A program made the translations under genes and the position numbers. DNA of 64,000 nt, taken from assembly GCA_963762145.1 (NCBI GenBank), contig CAVXJS010000007.1, positions 320,001 to 384,000 of the forward strand. Reading direction: 5' to 3'. Each line of letters opens with the position of its first letter. Within the stretch, counting starts at the first letter, position 1. Origin of the DNA: an uncultured Candidatus Rokubacteria bacterium (GTDB lineage: Bacteria; Methylomirabilota; Methylomirabilia; Rokubacteriales; CSP1-6). A model generated the notes under the pieces. It was not told the origin of the DNA. It saw nothing but the letters and a program-made list of their open reading frames with translations, and made no database searches. Shown here one piece after another: positions 1 to 9,178 of the stretch.

Positions 1-1
1 C

Positions 2-325
2 GTCGGCGGCGGCCTCCTGGAGGAGATGGTCTACGACGAGCAGGCGCAGCTCCTGACCGGAACCTTCATGGATTACCTGGTGCCGACCGCGATGGAGCTG
101 CCGCCGATCGAGACCGTGCACCTCGAGTACCCGTCGCCGCGGAATCCGCTCGGCCTGAAGGGCATCGGAGAAGGGGGGGCGATCTCGCCGCCCGCCGCCA
201 TCGCCAACGCGGTGGAGGATGCGCTCGCTCCCTTCGGGGTGCGCGTGACCCGTACCCCGCTCGGGCCGTCGGTGGTGCTCGGGCTGCTCGAGCAGGCGGC
301 GGTCCGGACGGCGAGGCCGGCATGA
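2..325 (+). CDS. Xanthine dehydrogenase/CoxL-family molybdopterin-binding subunit, C-terminal part (5' truncated by window edge)
   Basis: GTFMDY..P, NPLGLKGIGEGG and AAIANAVEDAL motifs; followed by FAD and 2Fe-2S subunits. Confidence 0.9.
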   Translation, partial: VGGGLLEEMVYDEQAQLLTGTFMDYLVPTAMELPPIETVHLEYPSPRNPLGLKGIGEGGAISPPAAIANAVEDALAPFGVRVTRTPLGPSVVLGLLEQAAVRTARPA

Positions 326-1194
326 AGCCCGCCCCGTTCGACTACGTGGCGCCGGCGACGCTCGACGACGCCATCGGCACCCTGGCCACCGCGGGCGACG
401 ACGCCAAGATCCTGGCCGGGGGCCAGAGCCTCATCCCGATGCTCGCGCTGCGGCTGGCCCGCCCGGCGGTGCTGGTGGACATCAACCGGCTGCGGGGGCT
501 CGACGGTATCCGCGAGGCCGCGGGCATTCTCGAGGTCGGCGCCCTCGTGCGCCAGCGCGCGCTGGAGCGCTGGGCGGCCGGCCGCTCGCCGCTCTTCGCC
601 AGCGTGCTGCAGGCGGTCGCGCACCCGCCCATCCGCAATCGCGGGACGGTGGTGGGCAACATCGTCCACGCGGATCCGGCCTCGGAGCTGCCCGCGGTGC
701 TCCTCTGCCTCGACGGGGTCGTGGTCGCCCGCGGGCCTCGGGGCGAGCGCATGATAGCCGGCGACCGGTTCTACCGCGCCCCGCTGACCACCGCGCTCGA
801 TGGCCGGGAGCTGGCCACCGCGGTCCGCTTCACGCTGCCGCCGGCGGGCTCCGGGTGGGGGTTCGCGGAGGTCTCGCGCCGCCACGGGGATTTCGCCCTG
901 GTGGGCGCGGTAGCCGTGCTCGCGCGCGCGGCCGACGGCACGGTGGCGCGGGCCCGGCTGGCCTTCTTCGGCGCCGGCGGAACGCCCGTGCGAGCCATGG
1001 TCGCGGAGCAAGCGCTGGACGGCCGCGTCCCGACGTCGGCCCTCTTCGCCGAGGCCGCGCGCGCGGCGGCGGCCGCGCTCTCGCCCGACGGCGACATCCA
1101 CGCCACCGCGTCGTACCGCCGGCAGGTGGCGGCCACCCTGGCCGAGCGGACCCTGAGCGCGGCGCTCGCGCGGTGCGGAGGAGGCGCGTCGTGA
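322..1194 (+). CDS. CoxM/CutM-type FAD-binding subunit
   Basis: MKPAPFDY, AGGQSL, IRNRGTVVGN..HADP motifs; ATGA overlap with the upstream gene. Confidence 0.92.
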   Translation: MKPAPFDYVAPATLDDAIGTLATAGDDAKILAGGQSLIPMLALRLARPAVLVDINRLRGLDGIREAAGILEVGALVRQRALERWAAGRSPLFASVLQAVAHPPIRNRGTVVGNIVHADPASELPAVLLCLDGVVVARGPRGERMIAGDRFYRAPLTTALDGRELATAVRFTLPPAGSGWGFAEVSRRHGDFALVGAVAVLARAADGTVARARLAFFGAGGTPVRAMVAEQALDGRVPTSALFAEAARAAAAALSPDGDIHATASYRRQVAATLAERTLSAALARCGGGAS

Positions 1195-1682
1195 GCCAGC
1201 GAACGATCCGGGTGACCGTGAACGGTCAGGAGCTCGAGCGCGCGGTCCTGGTGCGCGCCACGCTGGCCGACTTCCTCCGGGAAGACCTCGACCTGACCGG
1301 CACCCACGTGGGGTGCGAGCACGGGGTGTGCGGGGCGTGCACGGTGTTGCTCGACGGCGAGCCGGTACGCGCCTGCCTGATGCTGGCGGTGCAGGCTGAT
1401 GGCCACGGGGTCTCGACCATCGAGGGCGTCGCTCCCGCCGACGGGCTCCACCCGATCCAGGAGGCCTTCTGGGCCAAGCACGGGCTGCAGTGCGGCTACT
1501 GCACCCCTGGTATCATCATGAGCGCCTGCGCGTTTCTCCGCGATCGGCCCGCGCCGTCGCGCGAGGAGATCCGCGAGATGCTGGCCGGGCACCTCTGCCG
1601 CTGCACCGGCTACCACTTCATCGTCGAGGCCATCGAGGCGGCCGCTCAGGCGCTTGAGCCGCCCAAACCCCGCACGCCATAG
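1191..1682 (+). CDS. CoxS/CutS-type (2Fe-2S)-binding subunit
   Basis: GTG at 1191 overlapping the coxM stop; GCEHGVCGAC, QCGYCTPG and CRCTGY motifs. Confidence 0.93.
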   Translation: MSQRTIRVTVNGQELERAVLVRATLADFLREDLDLTGTHVGCEHGVCGACTVLLDGEPVRACLMLAVQADGHGVSTIEGVAPADGLHPIQEAFWAKHGLQCGYCTPGIIMSACAFLRDRPAPSREEIREMLAGHLCRCTGYHFIVEAIEAAAQALEPPKPRTP

Positions 1683-1687
1683 GAGAG

Positions 1688-2722
1688 ATGCATATGCTCG
1701 CGCGCCTCGCCGTGTTGACCCTGCTCGCGCTGTGCCTCGGGGCGGTCGCCCCCGCCCACGCCCAGAACTCGCTCGTGGTGAGCGTCTGGGGCGGGAACTG
1801 GAAGGACACCGTGGATCGCGTCATCGGGAAGGCCTTCACCGCCAAGACCGGCATGCCGGTCGAGTTCGAGGTGGGCGGCACCATCGACCGCCTCGCCAAG
1901 GCGCGGGTGGCGAAGGGCAGCCCGCTGGTGGACGTCACGTTCACCACGAGCCACGTAGGGCGGCTCTACGTCTCCGACGGGCTCTTCGCCCCGCTCGACA
2001 TGGCCAAGCTCCCGAACGCGAAGGCGGCCGCCCGCGAGGCCCAGCGGAGCGAGTTCCAGATGGGCGGCTGGAGCTACGTGTACACGATCGTGTACCGGCC
2101 GGACCTTGTGAAGGAGGAGATCACCGCGTGGTCGGATCTCTGGAAGCCCTCGCTCAAGGGCAAGATCGCGATGCCCGACTTCGACCCCTCGCACATCATC
2201 ACGATCGCGGCGCTCATGGAGGGCGGCAACGAGACGACGTGGCAGAAGGGCCAGGAGCGGCTCAAGGCGCTCAAGCCCAGCATCGTGGCCTTCTTCTCGA
2301 CCGACGCCCAGAGCCAGGACCTGATGAAGACCGGCCAGGCCCCGGTCCAGGTGATGCTCTCGGTGAACGCCTATCACCTCCAGGAGCAGGGCATCGCGGT
2401 CAAGCTGGTGCAGCCGAAGGATTATCCGGGCATCGTGGGGATCGACTGCATGTCGGTGATGGCGGGCACCAAGAAGGGGGACGCGGCGCAGGCGTTCATC
2501 AACCTGGCCCTGTCCACCGAGATCCAGACCGAGCTCGCGAAGGCGCTCAAGGCGGGGCCGGTGAACGGCGGGGCCACCGTGCCCGCGGCCTTCCGGGGGC
2601 AGCCGGGCATCTTCCTGACCCCGGCGGAGTGGAAGGAGAAGGGCTACATCCTGAACGATGACGTGCGGGCCAAGAACCTGCCGGGCTGGCGGGAGTGGTT
2701 CACCGCCAACATCGTCAAGTAG
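1688..2722 (+). CDS. ABC transporter substrate-binding protein, PotD/PotF-like
   Basis: AGGAG RBS, signal peptide ending AHA-Q, WGG motif, 'ITAWSDLW..LKGKI'. Confidence 0.85.
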   Translation: MHMLARLAVLTLLALCLGAVAPAHAQNSLVVSVWGGNWKDTVDRVIGKAFTAKTGMPVEFEVGGTIDRLAKARVAKGSPLVDVTFTTSHVGRLYVSDGLFAPLDMAKLPNAKAAAREAQRSEFQMGGWSYVYTIVYRPDLVKEEITAWSDLWKPSLKGKIAMPDFDPSHIITIAALMEGGNETTWQKGQERLKALKPSIVAFFSTDAQSQDLMKTGQAPVQVMLSVNAYHLQEQGIAVKLVQPKDYPGIVGIDCMSVMAGTKKGDAAQAFINLALSTEIQTELAKALKAGPVNGGATVPAAFRGQPGIFLTPAEWKEKGYILNDDVRAKNLPGWREWFTANIVK

Positions 2723-2735
2723 GGCCGGTCTCTCG

Positions 2736-3530
2736 ATGCGTTTGCTGCTGACCCCGGCCGTCCTCGTCGTCGCGGTGTTCGCGGCCGCGCTCTCCGCGCT
2801 GCTGCGCTACAGCGTGCTCGAGTTCGTGCCGGGGTCGCTGCAGACCGGCGGCCTGACCGCGGCCAACTTCACCGGCATCATGAGCCGGCAGTACCTCGGC
2901 GCGGTGTGGGACACCCTGGTGCTGAGCGCGGCCACCACCGGGCTGACCCTCGTCGCCTCCTACCCGGTGGCCTACGCGCTCGCGCGCACCCAGTCGGGCC
3001 GCGTGCGCTCGGCGCTGCTCGTGCTGGTGCTGGCCCCGTTCTTCACCGGGGCGATCGTGCGCACCTACGCCTGGGTGCTGGTCCTGGGCAACACGGTGGT
3101 CACCTGGCCGGTGCCGATGCTGTTCACCCCGCGTGGGGTGCTGGTGGGGCTCGTGCACTTCTCGATGCCGACCATGATCCTGCTGCTGGCCGCCGCGATC
3201 AGCCACATCGATCCGGTGTACGAGCGCGCGGCGGCCAGCCTGGGCGCGAGCCCGGCCCGCGTCTTCCGGCGCGTGACCCTGCCGCTGTCCCTGCCGGGCA
3301 TCGTCTCGGGCTCGGTGATCGTCTTCGCCTGGACGCTGAGCGCGTTCGCCACCCCGGAGCTGCTGGGCGGCGGGCGGGTCAAGATGATCGCCAACGTGGT
3401 CCGCGACCTGGCGCTGGACTCGTTCAACTGGCCGGGGGGCGCGGCCTTCGCCCTGCTGGCCCTGGTGATCACGCTCACGCTGCTGGCGGGCGCGGGGAAG
3501 CTCACCGCGGTGGGCGGCCGGGGCGCCTGA
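2736..3530 (+). CDS. ABC permease, PotB-like
   Basis: Hydrophobic helices, 'YPVAY', EAA loop 'YERAAASLGAS'. Confidence 0.88.
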   Translation: MRLLLTPAVLVVAVFAAALSALLRYSVLEFVPGSLQTGGLTAANFTGIMSRQYLGAVWDTLVLSAATTGLTLVASYPVAYALARTQSGRVRSALLVLVLAPFFTGAIVRTYAWVLVLGNTVVTWPVPMLFTPRGVLVGLVHFSMPTMILLLAAAISHIDPVYERAAASLGASPARVFRRVTLPLSLPGIVSGSVIVFAWTLSAFATPELLGGGRVKMIANVVRDLALDSFNWPGGAAFALLALVITLTLLAGAGKLTAVGGRGA

Positions 3531-4306
3531 TGTTCCGGCTGGCGGTGCTGGCCCTCCTCGCATTCATGACGCTGCCGACGGTGGTGGTGATCGCGGTCTC
3601 GTTCAACCCGACCGCGATCCTGTCGTTCCCGCCGAATGGGCTCTCGCTGCGCTGGTACGTGAACGTGGTGACGTATCCGCAGTTCCAGCGCGCGATGTGG
3701 AACAGCCTCCTGGTCACCGCGGGGGCGGTCGCGCTGGCCATGCCCATCGGCACCGCGGCCGCGCTGGCGCTGGCGCGCGGCCGGGTGCGCGGCGCCTCGA
3801 TCTGGGCCACCCTGCTCCTCTCGCCGCTCGTGGTGCCCGGCGTGGCGGCCGGACTGGGTTTCCTGATCCTGGGCGCGGCCCTCGGCCTGCTGCGCAGCCG
3901 GAGCGTGCTGATCGCGGCGCACGTGGCGCTCGTCCTGCCGTTCGTGGTGCGCTCGGTATGGGTGAGCGTGCAGAACCTCGATCCCACGCTCGAGCGGGCG
4001 GCGGCCAGCCTGGGCGCCACCCCCTGGCGCGCCTTCCGGCGGGTGACACTGCCGCTGCTGCGCCCGGGCCTCCTCGCGGCGGGGCTCTTCGCGGTGATCG
4101 TGTCCCTGAACGAGTTCGTGGTCTCGCTCTTCATCTCGACGCGGCTGACCGAGATCCTCCCGGTGGCGATGTTCAGCTACGTGGTCAACTACACCGATCC
4201 GACGATCGCGGCGCTCTCCACGCTCTTCATCGTGGGCACCTTCGTGGTGGTCTGGCTCGCCGACCGGTTCCTGGATCTGGGCGGCGTGTTCCTGCATCAC
4301 CGATGA
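3530..4306 (+). CDS. ABC permease, PotC-like
   Basis: TGATG coupling, 'SLRWY', EAA loop 'LERAAASLGA'. Confidence 0.88.
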   Translation: MFRLAVLALLAFMTLPTVVVIAVSFNPTAILSFPPNGLSLRWYVNVVTYPQFQRAMWNSLLVTAGAVALAMPIGTAAALALARGRVRGASIWATLLLSPLVVPGVAAGLGFLILGAALGLLRSRSVLIAAHVALVLPFVVRSVWVSVQNLDPTLERAAASLGATPWRAFRRVTLPLLRPGLLAAGLFAVIVSLNEFVVSLFISTRLTEILPVAMFSYVVNYTDPTIAALSTLFIVGTFVVVWLADRFLDLGGVFLHHR

Positions 4307-4316
4307 GGCGAGGCTG

Positions 4317-5396
4317 ATGGCGCGCCCGGTGGTGGAGCTGGTCGGCTGCACCCGCGACTACGGCGGCGTCCGCGCGGTCGCCGGGCTCGACCTCGTCGTC
4401 CACGAGGGCGAGCTGCTGTCGCTGCTCGGTCCGTCGGGCTGCGGCAAGACCACGACGCTCAACCTGATCGCGGGCTTCGTGCCGCCGACCGCCGGCCGCA
4501 TCCGCATCGACGGCCAGGACGTCACCGAGCAGCCGGCCCACCAGCGCAAGCTCGGGGTGATGTTCCAGTCCTACGCCCTCTTCCCGCACCTCTCGGTGTT
4601 CGAGAACGTGGCCTTCGGACTGCGCGAGCGACGGACGCCCCGGGCCGAGATCGAGCGGCGCGTGCGGGCCGCGCTGGCGCTGGTGCGCCTGGACACGCGC
4701 GCGGAGGCGCGCCCAGCCCAGCTGTCGGGGGGCATGCAGCAGCGGGTGGCCCTGGCCCGGGCGCTCGTCTACGAGCCGCGCGTGCTGCTGCTGGACGAGC
4801 CGCTCGCCGCGCTCGACAAGAAGCTGCGCGAGGAGATGCGGGGCGAGCTGCGCGAGATCCAGCGCTCGGTCGGCATCACCACGATCTTCGTCACCCACGA
4901 TCAGGGCGAGGCCCTCGGGCTCTCGGACCGCATCGCGGTGATGCTCGGCGGGCGCATCGAGCAGCTCGGCGCTCCGCGCGAGATCTACGAGCGGCCGGCG
5001 ACCCGGTTCGTGGCCGAGTTCATCGGCGCGACGAGCGTGCTGCGCGGCCGGGTGACCGCCGCGGACCAGGTGACGCTCGCGGGCGGCGAGGTGGTGCGGG
5101 TGCTGGGCGTGCCGGGGCTCCTTTCGGGTGAGTCGGCCGAGCTGGCCATCCGGCCCGAGCGCATCCGCCTCGCGGGCGGAGCGGGGGAGAACGTGATGGA
5201 CGGACGCGTCACCGCGGTGGTCTACCAGGGCGTGCAGACCGACCTCACCGTCGAGATCGGCGGCGGCCAGCGCCTCGTGGTGTTCGTGCCCGAGCCCGCC
5301 CCGGTCGCGCTCGCCCCGGGCCAGACGCTGCGCCTGCACCTGCCGCCAGACGCGTTCATCCGTCTCGGGGCGCCGCGCGGGGAGACGGGGCGGTGA
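4317..5396 (+). CDS. ABC ATP-binding protein, PotA-like with TOBE domain
   Basis: [22 protein letters not shown] motifs. Confidence 0.93.
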   Translation: MARPVVELVGCTRDYGGVRAVAGLDLVVHEGELLSLLGPSGCGKTTTLNLIAGFVPPTAGRIRIDGQDVTEQPAHQRKLGVMFQSYALFPHLSVFENVAFGLRERRTPRAEIERRVRAALALVRLDTRAEARPAQLSGGMQQRVALARALVYEPRVLLLDEPLAALDKKLREEMRGELREIQRSVGITTIFVTHDQGEALGLSDRIAVMLGGRIEQLGAPREIYERPATRFVAEFIGATSVLRGRVTAADQVTLAGGEVVRVLGVPGLLSGESAELAIRPERIRLAGGAGENVMDGRVTAVVYQGVQTDLTVEIGGGQRLVVFVPEPAPVALAPGQTLRLHLPPDAFIRLGAPRGETGR

Positions 5397-5887
5397 CCGG
5401 GCTCGAGCAGATCGTCGCGGGGCTCGAGGCGGCCCAGGTCTCCCTCGTGGCCTCGGTGCCGGACACCTGGATCGGCCGCCTGATGGCGGGGGTGCGCCGC
5501 TCGCCGCGTCTGCGCGCGGTGGACGTGGCCCGGGAGGAGGAGGCGGTGGCGGTGGCCTGCGGCGCCAACCTGGCCGGCGGCCGCGGCGCGGTGGCCATCC
5601 AGAACGCGGGGCTGCTCAACTGCGGCGGCATCCTGGCCGGGCTCGTCGAGCTCTACCACCTTCCGTGCTTCTTCATCGTGTCCCTGCGGGGCGATCACCG
5701 CGATCCGGTCTACTACCACGCCCCCAAGGGGCGCGTGACCGAGGAGACGCTGCGCGCGTGGCGACTGCCCTACGCGCGGGCGGATCGCCGGGGTGACCTG
5801 GCCGCCCAGGTGAAGCAGGGCGTGGAGTTCTCGGTGGAGTCGCGCGGACCCTTCGTGCTGCTGATCAGCGGGGAGGATCTCGCGTGA
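5393..5887 (+). CDS. Sulfopyruvate/phosphonopyruvate decarboxylase alpha subunit-like (ComD-like)
   Basis: 'SVPD', 'REEEAVAVACG', 'IQNAGLLN', 'SLRG' match the ThDP PYR domain of ComD/Ppd. Confidence 0.78.
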   Translation: MTGLEQIVAGLEAAQVSLVASVPDTWIGRLMAGVRRSPRLRAVDVAREEEAVAVACGANLAGGRGAVAIQNAGLLNCGGILAGLVELYHLPCFFIVSLRGDHRDPVYYHAPKGRVTEETLRAWRLPYARADRRGDLAAQVKQGVEFSVESRGPFVLLISGEDLA

Positions 5888-6438
5888 CCGCCCGGAAGCC
5901 GCTGCTGGACGCCCTGGTCGCGATGCTGACGCCGCGCGACGTGCTCGTGTCGTGTCTGGGCGCCAATGCCCGCTACCTGCCGCACATGACGGTGCCGTGT
6001 CCGGTGTTCGCCCTCTGCGACTCGATGAGCGCGGCCATCCCGCTCGCGCTCGGCATGGCGCTCGAGCGGCCCGACCGCCACGTGGTCGCGCTCGAGGGCG
6101 ACGGCTCGCTGCTGATGAGCCCCAACGTGCTGGCCACCGTGGCGGCGGCCGCGCCGCCGAATCTGACGATGGTGCTCTGGGTGAACGGCCGTTACGAGTC
6201 CTCCGGCGGGCAGGCGCTCCCCGCGGTGACGGTGGACTGGGCCGCGCTGGGCCGCGCCGCCGGCATCGGCCACGTGGCCTCCGCCGGCGACGTCGCGGGG
6301 TTGCGCGAGGCCTTCACGCGCGCGCGGGCGGCGGGCAAGCCCGCGCTGGTCGTGGTGGAGATCGCCTTCGATCCGGCCGAGGCGATCCCGCCGTACTCCG
6401 AGCGGCCCGACGAGATCCGCGCCCGCTTCCGCCTCTAG
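5884..6438 (+). CDS. ThDP-binding beta subunit (ComE-like)
   Basis: GDGSLLM...N ThDP motif, 'YESSGGQ'; GTGA overlap. Confidence 0.8.
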   Translation: MTARKPLLDALVAMLTPRDVLVSCLGANARYLPHMTVPCPVFALCDSMSAAIPLALGMALERPDRHVVALEGDGSLLMSPNVLATVAAAAPPNLTMVLWVNGRYESSGGQALPAVTVDWAALGRAAGIGHVASAGDVAGLREAFTRARAAGKPALVVVEIAFDPAEAIPPYSERPDEIRARFRL

Positions 6439-6918
6439 CTACCTCACCTGGACGCCGCCGAAGGATCCGTAACCGTCGGTCCCGTAGCCGGACGAGAATC
6501 CCGACGCGCCGGTGGGACAGCTGCCGACGACCCTCCAGATGCCCGGCGACGTCATGTTCCGGAGCTCTCCCGCGACGCACATGGTGGCGAGAGGCCGGCC
6601 CGCGCCCTGATCCGTGGGCGGCGGCGCCGGGGCCGCCACCGGCTTGTACTGCAGGAGCCCGGCCTCGGCGGCCGCGAGCCGCTGGATGGCGTTCCAGCGC
6701 TGCGCGTTGCGGATCTGGTCCGCGCTCAGCTCGGGCTTGCCGGTCCCGACCGGCCCGATCCACTCGGCCGCGTCGCGGTGCGCGGTGGGGATGTCGAGCT
6801 TGTACTGCGTGACCCGGCTCGCGCCCTTGTCGTCCGTGTACCGCCACTGCGCGTCCGCCTGCCCGGCCAGGAGCAGAAGCCCCGCACCGAGTCCAACCGC
6901 CATTGCAAATCGGTTCAT
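6439..6918 (-). CDS. Hypothetical secreted protein (159 aa)
   Basis: AGGAG RBS, signal peptide ending ADA-Q, DUF4124-like start WRYTDDKG, Pro linker, two Cys. Confidence 0.7.
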   Translation of the reverse strand: MNRFAMAVGLGAGLLLLAGQADAQWRYTDDKGASRVTQYKLDIPTAHRDAAEWIGPVGTGKPELSADQIRNAQRWNAIQRLAAAEAGLLQYKPVAAPAPPPTDQGAGRPLATMCVAGELRNMTSPGIWRVVGSCPTGASGFSSGYGTDGYGSFGGVQVR

Positions 6919-6958
6919 AGGTGTCTCCTGTTGGAGTCGCATGCCTGCACACACCAAG

Positions 6959-6973
6959 GCAAGAGGCACGCCA
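6959..6973 (-). promoter_or_regulatory. Candidate sigma54 -24/-12 promoter
   Basis: Minus strand TGGCGT-GCCTC-TTGC, 40 nt upstream of the ATG at 6918. Confidence 0.6.
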
Positions 6974-7073
6974 CCGTTCCCGCGTCGGCGAATCGCGAGG
7001 TTAGACGGGCTCCGCAAACGTTGCGTCCGGAAGGTTTCCTCCAGGCCGAGAAGGGAATTTCCCAGGTTGGCCC

Positions 7074-7688
7074 TCAGGCGACCAGCGCCCGCAGTCGCGC
7101 GAGCGCGTCGGCGCCGTCGAACTGCAGCGTGCGCAGCCCGACCCGGGCGGCGCCCTCGATGTTGTCGGCGCGATCGTCCACGAAGAGGGTGGCCGGGGCG
7201 GGGAGCCCGAGCCGGTCGAGGCAGAGCCGATAGATTTGCGGGTCCGGCTTCGCCAGTCCCACCTCGCACGAGATGACCACCGTGTCGAACCACGCCTCGA
7301 GCGGCCAGCGCGCGCGCACCCGCGCCATCACCTCGGGGCCGCTGTTCGACAGGAAGCCGGTGCGGCCGCCGGTGCGGCGGAACGTCGCCGCGAGTGCCCA
7401 GACCTCGTCGTGGTAGACGCTCCACGACGCGACGTCGGCCTCGATCAGCCCCGCGAGCTCCGTTGCGTCCGGCGCGCCGGCGCCCGGGCGCGCCGCGGCC
7501 AGGACGCGTCCCCAGTACGCCGCGGCGGTGAGATCGGCATCGTAGGCGTGCCGATGCTGCCAGTAGGCGGCCCGGAAGGCGGCGGGATCGGCGCCGATCC
7601 GGCGCGCGGCGGTGTCCATCCACGCCTGGTCCTGCGCGTGGGTGAGCACGTTGCCGTAGTCGAGGATGAGGCCAGCGGGACGGGCCAT
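7074..7688 (-). CDS. HAD-IA family hydrolase/phosphatase
   Basis: ILDYGNVL, LSNS, KPDPQIY and FVDD..N motifs. Confidence 0.88.
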   Translation of the reverse strand: MARPAGLILDYGNVLTHAQDQAWMDTAARRIGADPAAFRAAYWQHRHAYDADLTAAAYWGRVLAAARPGAGAPDATELAGLIEADVASWSVYHDEVWALAATFRRTGGRTGFLSNSGPEVMARVRARWPLEAWFDTVVISCEVGLAKPDPQIYRLCLDRLGLPAPATLFVDDRADNIEGAARVGLRTLQFDGADALARLRALVA

Positions 7689-7695
7689 GCGCTCG

Positions 7696-7724
7696 ATGCT
7701 ACGCGACCCGGCCCGCTCCGACAA
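7696..7724 (-). promoter_or_regulatory. sigma70 promoter, probably leaderless, for the HAD gene
   Basis: TTGTCG-N17-TAGCAT ending 7 nt before ATG 7688; no SD. Confidence 0.6.
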
Positions 7725-7785
7725 AGCGGAGCCGGCGTGTTACGATGCGGCGATTCATCACGAGCAGAGAGAGGGAGGCGCGCGC

Positions 7786-8568
7786 GTGCCGACACCGGAC
7801 GAGACGCTGGTGACCCGCGAGGGGCCGGTGATGACCCTGACCTTCAACCGCCCCGAGGCGCGCAACGCCATGACCTGGGGCATGTACGACCGCCTCTACC
7901 AGGTGTGCGAGGAGGTGGACGCCGACGACTCGGTGCGGGTGCTGGTCCTCCGCGGCGCGGGCGGCAAGGCCTTCGTGGCCGGAACCGACATCAGCCAGTT
8001 CAAGGTCTTCGACCGGGCCGAGGACGGCATCGCCTACGAGCGCGACGGGGACAAGCGGATGGGGCGCCTCGAGTCCGTGCGCAAGCCGGTCATCGCCCAG
8101 ATCGAGGGCTTCGCGGTGGGGGGCGGCTTCCGCATCGCCACCGCGTGCGACCTGCGCATCGCGACGCCGGACGCGCGCTTCGGCGCGCCGATCGCGCGCA
8201 CGCTGGGCAACTGCCTCTCGATGGCCGCCTACGCGAGCTTCGTGGACGTGTTCGGGCCCTCGCGGCTCAAGGAGCTGATCTTCACCGCGCGCCTGCTCAC
8301 GGCCGAGGAGGCCCACGGGGCGGGCTACGTGCACGAGATCGTGGCCCCGGATCAGATCGGGGCGCGGGTCACCGCGCTGGCCCACCAGATCGCCGACCAC
8401 GCGCCGATCACGCTCTGGGTGACCAAGGAGTCGATCCGGCGTCTCGCGGCGAGCCGGCCCCTGCCGGACGACGAGGACCTGATCGCGACCACCTACATGA
8501 GCGACGACTTCCGTGAGGGGGTGCGCGCCTTCCTCGACAAGCGCAAGCCGCGGTGGAGCGGCAAGTGA
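7786..8568 (+). CDS. Enoyl-CoA hydratase/isomerase family protein
   Basis: GGGAGG RBS, NRPEARNAM, AFVAGTDI, 'DFREGVRAFLDKRKP'. Confidence 0.92.
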   Translation: MPTPDETLVTREGPVMTLTFNRPEARNAMTWGMYDRLYQVCEEVDADDSVRVLVLRGAGGKAFVAGTDISQFKVFDRAEDGIAYERDGDKRMGRLESVRKPVIAQIEGFAVGGGFRIATACDLRIATPDARFGAPIARTLGNCLSMAAYASFVDVFGPSRLKELIFTARLLTAEEAHGAGYVHEIVAPDQIGARVTALAHQIADHAPITLWVTKESIRRLAASRPLPDDEDLIATTYMSDDFREGVRAFLDKRKPRWSGK

Positions 8569-9086
8569 TCCGGGCGGTGCCGGGCCGCACGCCGCGGGTA
8601 CACCCGGAGGCCTACGTGGACCCGGCGGCCCAGGTGATCGGCGACGTGACCATCGAGGCGGGCGCCAGCGTGTGGCCCGGCACGGTGCTGCGCGGCGACC
8701 AGGACAACTACGTCAAGCTCGGCCGCAACTCCAACGTGCAGGACAACTCGGTGCTCCACGTGACGCCGCAGTTCCCGTGCATCGTGGGCGACAACGTGAC
8801 GATTGGCCACCGCGCGGTGGTCCACGCCTGCGTCGTGATGAACAACTCGCGCATCGGCATCGGCGCGGTGGTGCTGGACGGCGCGGTGGTGGAGGAGGGC
8901 GCGCAGGTGGGCGCGGGGGCGCTCGTGCCGCCCGGCAAGGTGGTGCCGGCGGGCTGGCTCGTCATGGGGGTGCCGGCCAAGCCGGTGCGCCGGATGAGCC
9001 CGGAGGAGCTGGACGACATCCTGCGCAACGCGACGGACTACGTCGACCTCTGGCACCGCGACTACCGATCTGGGGTCAGGTCTTGA
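8565..9086 (+). CDS. Gamma-carbonic anhydrase family protein
   Basis: Hexapeptide repeats, LRGD, NVQDNSVLH, TIGH..VVHAC; stop codon lies inside the repeat at 9072. Confidence 0.92.
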   Translation: MIRAVPGRTPRVHPEAYVDPAAQVIGDVTIEAGASVWPGTVLRGDQDNYVKLGRNSNVQDNSVLHVTPQFPCIVGDNVTIGHRAVVHACVVMNNSRIGIGAVVLDGAVVEEGAQVGAGALVPPGKVVPAGWLVMGVPAKPVRRMSPEELDDILRNATDYVDLWHRDYRSGVRS

Positions 9087-9162
9087 AATACGACATTCCA
9101 GCCCGCGCCGATTGTCTGCCGACTGCGCGGTGGAAAAATGTCGTAGTTCAAGACCTGACCCC
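9072..9162. repeat. REPIN/MITE-like inverted-repeat element, copy 1
   Basis: 26-bp arms GGGGTCAGGTCTTGAAATACGACATT / AATGTCGTAGTTCAAGACCTGACCCC (1 mismatch), 39-bp spacer; second copy at 51318. Confidence 0.9.
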
Positions 9163-9178
9163 TTCTTAGGACGGCGCC

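Noticed and set aside
2-1682. Aerobic CO dehydrogenase
   Set aside because: The diagnostic large-subunit loop is outside the window, gene order is L-M-S, and no coxDEFG genes are seen; only a family-level call is justified.
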